DNA from: Pseudovirgaria hyperparasitica | Taxonomy: Eukaryota | Assembly: GCA_010093815.1 (NCBI GenBank) | Contig: ML996584.1 | Strand: one strand, 5' to 3' | Length of the DNA stretch: 64,000 bases | Part shown: one piece after another, positions 11,586-21,051 of the stretch | Layout of the letters: each line of letters begins with the position of its first letter | Position numbering within the stretch: the first letter of the stretch is position 1 | Made by a program: the position numbers and the translations under genes | The notes under the pieces: generated by a model | Databases searched by the model: none | The model's input: the letters and a program-made list of their open reading frames with translations, nothing else | What the model was told of the DNA's origin: nothing

Positions 11586-13649
11586 ATGCCTCGCGAGGCC
11601 ACACCTCGACCTTATCGATCGCACCTACGTCCAGCTTGCCTCCCCTGTCGCCGACGAAAGTCGCGATGCAAGACCGATAGTGTTTTGGGACAATGCCTTA
11701 TGTGTCAAGCTCATGGAACTGTGTGTGTATTTCCAGAGGAGTCTGATCATCGTGCTGCAAGAAACAGTGCGCAACGCTCGTCTGCAAAGCCTCAGACAGA
11801 AGATTACGACGGTGCATATGGCGGCATATCTGCTAATTTAATTCCGAGATATCGTGACTCCGATCGACACATGGGACGCGCGACGGCTGATACGTCATCA
11901 GTATCGGTACCTAGTCCTGTACAACAACGGCCGGCGCATACACATGGCAGTCAGCCAGCAGTGCCCACTCTCCTGGACAGTCTTGCTGTTGACGGAGAAC
12001 ATAACCCACACATCGTCGGGCCGGTAGTAGTGAATGATAATGACATGTTACAAGAATACCTTTCTACGAGACGGAATGATGGCGCAGGTCCGTCTAGAAT
12101 GATAACAATGGGTAGGACCTTCCAGTATGGAGCTGTGAGACGGCCGGTGATGTTCTCAAATGTCCAGAAGCAGCCTGTGGGACTCACAAGCAACCGTGAT
12201 CCAGCGTTCCTGAAGACTATGGTTATCGAGAAACTTTTAGAGCCATTTGGCCACGAGTTGATTCGAGTGTAGGTCAATCAACTACTCCTCTGCTCCTGCT
12301 ATGCTGATTCGTGAACAGTTATCTACACAAAGCCAACTGCTGTTTGCCTTTATTAGATGAACAGTCACTTTATAGTGCAGACAAGGACATTATCTCGCCG
12401 ACGCTGCTGGCTAGTATTTATGCGAATGCTCTGATCTATTGGCGCCACGACACCCACCTTGCCTCGCATAGATGTCCAGATGTGCGCTTCATATGGAATC
12501 TTGCGAACGAAGCTTTATATATAGAGCTTCAACGGTCGCCCGGAATGTCAACGATCATTTCGATCTTGCTAAACATCAGTGGTAGACCTACGACAGCCGT
12601 GATGGGTAACGCAGTACTTATAGGATCTGCAATCGCACTGTCGTACTCCCTAGGTCTCAACCGCGATCCTGGAGCATGGGAGATTTCGGCGACGGAGAAG
12701 AACGTGAGACGACAAATCTGGTGGGCTATTGTGATTTTCGACTGCTGGTAAGCCTGCAGAGCCTGACGCCAACGCGTTCTGACAGATTCTCGATAGGAGC
12801 AGTATGTCTTATGGTACTCCTCCACAGGTACAACGTCATCAACATGACGTCTGTGTCCCTGATATGAATGACATGCTTGCCAGTGATGCTACACCGAGAG
12901 GAGCAGCTGGTGCCCCTATCTATATAGCATTCATCGGTCTCACAAAGATCCTGAGTATTCTTCTCGATCATGTGTATCGTATCGAATCTTCCGGTAGTAC
13001 ACGCAATGAAATTGGGCCATGTGAAGTTTCCCTCAATACGAATCTATACGAGTGGGAGGAAGGACTGACAGAGAACATACGTCGCATCATCATACGTGGC
13101 GCACATCTTGACCAACCGGGCGCTGCAAACTTCAGGCTCGCGTACTTATCAGTCAAGCTTCTTCTACATCGCATAGAGCTAGGACTTGACCCGCAAGAGA
13201 CGTCGTCAGACACGCGGCCCAGTCACCAATACGCCCAGGCCCAGAGAGTCGCCGAGGAGATTGTTATGCTCGTGCAAGAGCTAGGTGTGGAGCAGCTGGG
13301 CGACTTCTGGCTATCAGTCAGCGCGTTCTCGCTCACTTCTGCCATGAGTTTCCTTGTGCGACGAACGTTGGAGTCTCGACGAGAGTATAATGCAGATCTG
13401 AACCAGATAGGTGCTTTCAAGTTGGCGAAGCAGTTTATTGCCATTCTGAGATCTCATCGTCAACAGCATGCGTGGGATGTTGGTGACTTGTGTCTGTCTC
13501 AGTATAGTGAAGTCATTGAGAGTCTGGAACAGGGGGACCTTGATTCGGGTCCATCGCTGTCGAATATTGAGGACTTTGTTCCCGATGTCAACGTCGATCA
13601 GCTGTTTCCGAGTCTATGGGACATGTTTGAGGCAGAAGGTGCGTTGTAA
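11586..13649 (+). CDS. Zn(II)2Cys6 transcription factor with fungal-specific middle homology region
   Basis: ACLPCRRRKSRCKTDSVLGQCLMCQAHGTVC zinc cluster. MHR motifs SLGLNRDP..W and RRQIWWAIVIFDCW-SSMSYGTPP. Introns at ~12269-12318 and ~12747-12796. Confidence 0.92.
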
Positions 13650-13715
13650 TTGGAGTTGTCTCAATGATTTAGGATACTTTGTTTCGTCCGGGGTCAGTAT
13701 CTTGGTACAGACGTC

Positions 13716-15125
13716 CTACTCTTCCAGATACAATCCTTCTTCTGGCGGTGGTATTCCGTACCATCCCATTTCTTCTTTGTCTTCTGGGTCTGGGTCATCC
13801 ATCTGGTAGTATCCGTCATATCGCCACCACTTACGATCCTCCCACACGTCTTCGACAGGAAGGACACCGTCCTGCCTCATCAAGTCCTTCACGTTCTCTA
13901 CGCCACGCCAGACTCGCAGAATATTCTCTCCTGCTAGCTTGCCAAGCTGCTCTTCCGTAGCCCCTCGGTCAAGTATGGCTTTGAGTAGCCCGGGATAGCA
14001 CCGCACATCTTCCAAGCCCTTGATCACACTTGCAATTCCATCAAAGTCCGAGCCGAGGCCTACATGGTCCCAACCAATCCTCTCAGCAATGTAGAAGAGG
14101 TGATCAATCACCATGTCCATCGTCGCATCTGCCCGTCGCGTGGCAACATGCTCCGGGACAAACGTCACCATCACTATTCCCCCATTTTGCGGCACTTGAT
14201 CGAGGATGTGATCCGGGAGGTTCCGTGCGCAGTCAAAGACACCTTTGGCATTGCTGTGCGAGAACATCACAGGCGCCCTCGTCAGCTTCAAGACTTGCAC
14301 TGCACAATCCTCGGATACATGCGACAGGTCGATGATCATGCCGATCCTGTTCATTTCGACAATGGCGGCCCGGCCCAGCTTCGACAATCCGCCGTGCACG
14401 GGTCCAGTCTTCGATGTCGAGCTGTCTGCGAACGCGTTGTTGCAGACATGCGTCAGCGTGCACTGCGGTCTCGTAAGCTTCTCTTCGCTTTGATGGTTAT
14501 GATGACGATTGGGAATCATGCACTGACATAGCGGACACCAAGCATGTAGAAAGCCATGATGATGCCTATGCTGTTACCGGCCATGTGGAGGCTGGTCCAT
14601 CAGCTGTGGAAGAATGCAACAGATGAGACAACTCACCCCTCAATCCCAATAGAGCACGCAATCCTACCCCCTGCATACACCTTTTTGACCTCATCTGGCC
14701 CCTTGACCAACTCGAAAGTGTCGGGATACGAATCTACCAGGCGCAGCACCAGATCTACCTGCTCAATCGCATCACGTGCCATATCGCTGTACTCCGGCGT
14801 CGAGAAGTCCTCCGCCGAACGCAAGCATGGCACACATATGGACCAGAACTGTCCTCCCACGGCGCCTATCATCAGTCACTTAGTCGACTACATCTTCTGC
14901 AGATGGATGGGAATGAGCACCTTCGCGGAGACGCGGTATATCTGTCATTCCCCTCTCGAAGCCCTTGTTCAGGTCGAATTTTGGATTGTCGTGGATCTTG
15001 CCGTGGAAGGCTGCTCGGGGCTGCTGCGGGAGGTCGTTGTGTCCGTCTATCAGGGGGGTTTTGCTGAGGACGCGCTTCACGCGCTCGTCGATGTCTAGTT
15101 GCTGGTACGGGTGGATGGATGCCAT
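13716..15125 (-). CDS. Membrane-dipeptidase family (peptidase M19) metallo-dipeptidase, apparently cytosolic
   Basis: Motifs PLIDGHNDL, TDIPRLREG-AVGGQFWS, GIEG-LH, LGVRY-CTLTH, IDLSH, FSHS, RNLPD, VGLGSDFDG. Three introns. No N-terminal signal or TM segment. Confidence 0.92.
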
Positions 15126-15284
15126 CGTTGTAGATGGTGATAGTATGGAGTTTGGTGTGTGTGTGTTCTTTTCATGGGCCGTTATGTTGCATGATATTTA
15201 ATACTCACACTACATGCTAGCTCTTGCGGAGTGCGTCCCGATATCGTCCCTGGTATCGGATCCATTTTCGGGATGTATACGGGG

Positions 15285-15435
15285 CCGCGGCCCGCTTTTG
15301 GACGGCACAGCATAGATTGATAAGAGTATCGCGAGTCCTCCACTTTCGTACTGGAGTATGGCAAGGGAGCTTCACAGATAAGCGCTATCGGATGACCACG
15401 ACTCGAGTATCCCTTGTTTCGATGGCCGCGGTAAA
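15285..15435. promoter_or_regulatory. Dipeptidase/permease divergent promoter: two CCGCGG elements plus GATAAG sites
   Basis: CCGCGG at 15285 and 15426 (CCGCGGTAAA). TGATAAG at 15318, AGATAAG at 15376, and inverted CTATC at 15385. Confidence 0.5.
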
Positions 15436-15601
15436 CTCTACACTCCTGGCCACGAGAACCCATGAGGATCTCAATGCTGTGGATAGTGATCAAACAGATA
15501 CATTAATATCATGAGAGACCAGGCGGTATATAGATTGCGTCCACTATCCACCGATCGCTCCAACGAATTGACTCCCTCCACCCACCATTTCTATCTCTAA
15601 C

Positions 15602-17304
15602 ATGGACTCCGAGAAGCAAGCCCAGTACGCCGAAGACGAAATCGAATCAAAAGCGCTGCATTTCCTCCACAAAGCAGAAGCCAGCCATGTTTCCGACGCC
15701 GTCTCTGAACGTAGCCGTCTCCAGCGGAAGATCGACATGCGACTGATGCCACTCCTCTGCCTGACATACGCCATCCAGTCCATTGACAAGACAACCCTAA
15801 GCTATGCCGCCGTGTTCGGCATACGCGAGGACACCCACCTGCAGGGCACAGAGTACTCGTGGGCCGGCGCTCTATTCTACCTGGGCTACCTGTTCTGGGA
15901 GTATCCGACGAATGTGCTGCTCCAGAAGCTGCCCGTCGGAAAATTCATGTCTGGCACTGTACGTACCGAACCACATGGAGATGCAGAAGACCATGGGGCT
16001 GATCAGGCATATAGGTCATTCTCTGGGGCATCACACTCATGCTCCATACCCCTGTGCAGAGCTTTGCCGGACTGGCGGCTGTGCGCACCTTGCTTGGAGT
16101 CTTCGAGGCGTCGGTGAACCCGGCTACGATGATCATCTTCTCCATGTACTACAAGCGCCAGGAGCAGCCCGTGCGGATGGGCATCTGGATCGGCTCGGCT
16201 GGTGTGGGGTATGTCGTCGCGGGCATCACGAGCTTCGGCATTGGCCACATCGATTCGTCCAGCCTGGAGAGCTGGCGATTGCAGTTTCTCGTCTGGGGTG
16301 CGGTTACTACGGCTTGGGGCGTCTTGCTTTGGCTTTTGCTCCCTGGATCGCCGGTCTCGGCTGGGTTTTTGAGTGAGGAGGAGAAGGTGCTGGTGATGGA
16401 TCGGATCAAGGATAATGGGACGGGGGTGGAGAATAGGAGGTTCAAGGTTGTGCAGTTTAGGGAGGCGATGCTGGACTTGAAGACATGGTTACTGTTCATC
16501 TTTGCCGTGTCCAGCAATTGCCCGAACGGAGGGTTGACAACGGTACGTATACGACTGGTACCGTATGAGACCTCCCAACTAACCACGCCACGACAGTTCC
16601 AAGGCCTCATCATCAAAGGCTTTGGCTTCACAACACTACAAACAACCCTGATCCAAATGCCCTCAGGAGGCATCCAAGCAATAGTCTGCGTAACAGCCTG
16701 GTAAGCAAGCACAGCCCCACGCATCCCAACTTCTAACCCATCCCAACTTCTAACCCATCCCAGCTACATCGTGTCAAAATACAAAAACGCACGCCTCGCA
16801 ATGATGCTAATCTGCCTAACCCCTTTCCTCGCCGGCATCACGGGCCTCGTCGCCATCGCCGACAGCAAGCGCTACGCCCGCCTCGTCTGTCTCTGGATCT
16901 CCTTCTCGTACACCGCAACATGGACACTCTCCATGTCCGTCGCCACGGCAAACACGTCCGGGCACACCAAGCGCGTGACGACGAATGCGATGCTCCTGAT
17001 CGGGTATTGTGTCGGGAATTTCGTGGGGCCGTTCTTCTTCAAGACGAGCGAGGCGCCGTCGTATGGGCTTGGGGTTGGGATGATGTTTGTCTGCATTGCG
17101 GTGCAGGTCTTGTGTATTGTGGGGATCTGGGTGTTGCTGTGGTGGAGGAACAGGATGAAGGAGAGGCCGGTGTCCGGGGAGGAGTGGAGGAGGGCGCGGG
17201 AGAATGGGTTTGCGGACTTGACGGACTTGCAGAATGGGTATTTCCGGGTGAGCATTCTCCTGCTTGGAGTGAATCCTACTGACTGGCAGCAGTATGTCTA
17301 CTGA
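15602..17304 (+). CDS. MFS anion:cation symporter, Dal5/allantoate-dipeptide permease family
   Basis: RKIDMRLMPLL, IDKTTLSYAAVFG, YSW...FYLGYL..EYP, RTLLGVFEA, YKRQEQP.R, WRLQFL, PNGGL, ANTSGHTKR, GNFVGP, C-terminal DLTDLQN..FR-YVY. Four introns. Confidence 0.92.
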
Positions 17305-17634
17305 TGGTCCTGTCGATCCTGGAGGTAATTATGTACACCGGGAACCGTGGCATGTAATAAAGCGACATGAGCCGTGCGTGAGACCACGAGGTATAGTCGC
17401 CTGCACAATGTCTGCCCGATGTTCACTCGTTGTTGTCAGGCCCTGTTTTCACCATGAGCAGCAAGCAACGTCAACAAACACCATCTCGCGACGCGTCTGG
17501 CCACACTCCATCCATGCACGAATTCTTCCACTCGAAAACACCTCGAAACCCTCTACAAACCCACCATCAACTACAACAACAAACCTACCCATCCGACCAG
17601 TCACACAATCATCCACCTGCCCGCCCAACCAACC

Positions 17635-18246
17635 ATGTCCGCCCTCAAATTCAAACTCCTCTGCGGCACCCCAACCGACGAAGAAACCTCCACCTCCACC
17701 TCCACCTACTTACCACCAAGCCCCCATACACCAGCAAACCCACCCACTACAACCGCCCCAACCCTAACGCTCACACCCACAAACCCACCCCGAAAACAAA
17801 CCAACCCACCCCAAAGCAAAAACCACACCTTCAACCTCCACTCCGCCCGCGCCCCCTGCATCGCCTACTGGACATCCACATGCCCGTCCACCACCACCTC
17901 AAACCCACAATCACAACCCACGCCCTGCCCCTACAGCCACACCCGCTACCCGCCCTACTTCAACAACAAACCGCACGAGCGCCGCGCCGCCGTCCTCCGA
18001 AACACCCAAAACACCCAAAACTCCAACCTCACCGCCACCCACACCCACAACAAAACGGAAAAACAGGGCGTGGCAGCAGTCGGACAAGGGCAAGGCGAAC
18101 AAGTGAGAATAGGGCAGCTTCTCGAAGCCCGTGAGCGGGAGATTGAGTTGCTGAGGAGGAGGTTGCGCGAGGAGGAGAGGTTGGTGCGGGATTTGACGGG
18201 GTATTTGAGGGTTACTTGGGGGTTTTTGGAGAGGTTGAGGCGGTGA
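17635..18246 (+). CDS. Hypothetical low-complexity protein with a CCCH-like motif and a C-terminal coiled coil
   Basis: 203-aa ORF, P/T-rich. Contains CIAYWTSTC-x14-CPYSH and a heptad-like LLEAREREIELLRRRLREEERLVRDL. It could be spurious because of compositional skew. Confidence 0.35.
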   Translation: MSALKFKLLCGTPTDEETSTSTSTYLPPSPHTPANPPTTTAPTLTLTPTNPPRKQTNPPQSKNHTFNLHSARAPCIAYWTSTCPSTTTSNPQSQPTPCPYSHTRYPPYFNNKPHERRAAVLRNTQNTQNSNLTATHTHNKTEKQGVAAVGQGQGEQVRIGQLLEAREREIELLRRRLREEERLVRDLTGYLRVTWGFLERLRR

Positions 18247-18595
18247 TTTGGGTTACGGGGGGGATTAGGGGGAGGGATAGGGGAAGGGGGTGAGGGGAGA
18301 GGGGAAAGGGGAGGGGATTAGGGATTAGGGAAGAGGGGGGTGAAAAGGGGGAACGAGAAGGGGGAATGACAAGGAGGAAAAGGGGGAAAGAGAGAATGCA
18401 TGTTGTGTACGTCTGTATATGTGTCTGAGTGTATGTATGGTATACGCGGACGCGAGGAATGAATACTCCTCCGACCCATCCACATCCACTCCCAGTATAT
18501 ACCCCTGGCACGTGAAAAGAACCGCTCTACTCCCATGAATCTAATAACAAGAATCCATGATATCTTGCCCTTCTAGGACCAAGAATGCTAGTATT

Positions 18596-18632
18596 AAGAA
18601 TATCAAGAATATCAAGAATATCAAGAATATCA
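18596..18632. repeat. (AAGAATATC)n minisatellite at the left edge of the gap
   Basis: Four 9-bp units run into the N block. Confidence 0.85.
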
Positions 18633-19432
18633 NNNNNNNNNNNNNNNNNNNNNNNNNNNNNNNNNNNNNNNNNNNNNNNNNNNNNNNNNNNNNNNNNNNN
18701 NNNNNNNNNNNNNNNNNNNNNNNNNNNNNNNNNNNNNNNNNNNNNNNNNNNNNNNNNNNNNNNNNNNNNNNNNNNNNNNNNNNNNNNNNNNNNNNNNNNN
18801 NNNNNNNNNNNNNNNNNNNNNNNNNNNNNNNNNNNNNNNNNNNNNNNNNNNNNNNNNNNNNNNNNNNNNNNNNNNNNNNNNNNNNNNNNNNNNNNNNNNN
18901 NNNNNNNNNNNNNNNNNNNNNNNNNNNNNNNNNNNNNNNNNNNNNNNNNNNNNNNNNNNNNNNNNNNNNNNNNNNNNNNNNNNNNNNNNNNNNNNNNNNN
19001 NNNNNNNNNNNNNNNNNNNNNNNNNNNNNNNNNNNNNNNNNNNNNNNNNNNNNNNNNNNNNNNNNNNNNNNNNNNNNNNNNNNNNNNNNNNNNNNNNNNN
19101 NNNNNNNNNNNNNNNNNNNNNNNNNNNNNNNNNNNNNNNNNNNNNNNNNNNNNNNNNNNNNNNNNNNNNNNNNNNNNNNNNNNNNNNNNNNNNNNNNNNN
19201 NNNNNNNNNNNNNNNNNNNNNNNNNNNNNNNNNNNNNNNNNNNNNNNNNNNNNNNNNNNNNNNNNNNNNNNNNNNNNNNNNNNNNNNNNNNNNNNNNNNN
19301 NNNNNNNNNNNNNNNNNNNNNNNNNNNNNNNNNNNNNNNNNNNNNNNNNNNNNNNNNNNNNNNNNNNNNNNNNNNNNNNNNNNNNNNNNNNNNNNNNNNN
19401 NNNNNNNNNNNNNNNNNNNNNNNNNNNNNNNN
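18633..19432. other. Assembly gap (800 N)
   Basis: Run of n characters. Confidence 1.
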
Positions 19433-19526
19433 ACATACATACATACATACATACATACATACATACATACATACATACATACATACATACATACATACAT
19501 ACATACATACATACATACATACATAC
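19433..19526. repeat. (ACAT)n microsatellite at the right edge of the gap
   Basis: About 23 perfect tetranucleotide units. Confidence 0.95.
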
Positions 19527-20047
19527 ACACCCATACCACCACCATCCAATTAGACTCACAAGTAAGTCCCACCTTGACGGCGCACAACCTACCCCTTGAA
19601 TCCTGAAACATCATGGACATATCACATGCACAATCTCACGTCACACACTCCTCCTCTCACTCACGACACAAGTCACCCACCGTTTTCTCACGACACACTC
19701 ACATCCCAAGAATCAAACATCATGCAAAGGCATATAATCATTAACAATTACCGCCATCCACACAGCCGCAATGCATAAACTGTATACATGAAAGAACGGA
19801 CGTGTCGGCTATACCTCAACCCATACCCATGCCTGTGCACACGCACACACACCCACACTGGGACCGGTATGCCACGCGCCGCCAACATCATCATCGTCGT
19901 CAAGGAGGAGTAAACCAGACCCGCGTCATTAAACAAAGTCATCATAACCCTCGTCCGTTCGAGAAGAGATCCCATGTACCGTTTCCCCTTCGTCATGCCA
20001 GCATGCCTATGCACCACCATTCACAGTTCTACCCGTGAAAAGGGTAC

Positions 20048-21051
20048 TTACAACATGACAACAGCACCCATGACACCAGCTGCGAGCGCACCCATGATAG
20101 GAGTGGCAAAGGCCGCAGCGCCGGTGAACTGGGATGGGGTAGGGGACGGAACCTGGGGTTGGCCGTCGGAGATCTGGGTGATGACTGGGGCAGACGGTGC
20201 CTGGGGCTGGCCGTCTGAGATCTGAGTGATGACGGGAGCTTGGGGCTGGCCATCGGAGATCTGGGTGATGACGGGAGCGGGTGGGGCTTGAGGCTGGCCG
20301 TCTGAGATCTGGGTGATGGCTGGTGCAGCGGGAGCTTGGGGCTGACCGTCTGAGATTTGAGTAATGACTGGGGCGGATGGGGCTTGAGGTTGGCCGTCGG
20401 AGATCTGGGTGATGACGGGGATGGGACCGGTAGGGGCCTGGGGTTGACCGTCACCGATCTGGGTGACGGGTGCGGGTTGAGGCTGGCCGTCGGGAATCTG
20501 AGAAACGATGGTGTTGATGACGGTCTCGCCGGGGGCAGGCGCACCGGCAGGTCGTTGAGCCTGGAGGTGGATAGGTTCGCACTGAGGCGCCCAGTCGCGG
20601 TCGTAGAGGTTGATCAGGTTGCCAGAGTCGCACTGCCAGAAGACAGTGGTGCCGCCGAGAGCAAGAGACTGGTTGCCACAGACGGAGTAACCAGCAGTGC
20701 TGAGAGCACCAGCTTGGGGAGGAGCATCAAACTGGAATCTAGGATATAAGTTAGCCACGTGACCAACAGAATATATATCCATCCGTATACATACTGGTAG
20801 TTGGACGCAATGTAGGCCTGGCGACCAGCCTGGTCCTTTAGGACACCGTCTGCGAGGGTCACGGTAAGAGTACCGGCGAGTTGACGCTTCTGGACATCTC
20901 CGGCGACTTGAACAACACCGAGGTTGAATGATCCGGCGTAGGTTGGCTGACAGCCCTCGGGGGCAGTGCCTGATGGCTCGATGATCTCGGTGACGCCCTG
21001 GGGCAGAGCAACGGCGACGGCCGCAAAGGCAGCGACGGCGAAAGACCTCAT
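20048..21051 (-). CDS. PIR/Cis3-like covalently linked cell-wall protein with 8 PIR repeats and a GPI-like tail
   Basis: Signal peptide, Kex2-like KR site. Intron 20794-20739 joins ASNYQ-FQFDAPPQAGA. Four-Cys PIR domain, 8 x Q(I)(S/P/G)DGQPQ, hydrophobic C-terminus. Confidence 0.92.

Noticed and set aside
9765..17304. Gliotoxin/ETP-like or other biosynthetic cluster (because of a GliJ-family dipeptidase)
   Set aside because: No NRPS, PKS, GST, P450 or thioredoxin reductase is nearby. The gene set fits catabolism.
18262..18330. Telomeric TTAGGG repeats
   Set aside because: Only three scattered ATTAGGG copies in a G-rich tract, with no tandem (TTAGGG)n array.
18527..19620. 300-360 aa ORFs in five frames
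   Set aside because: They are open only because they cross the 800-N gap and the ACAT/AAGAATATC repeats.
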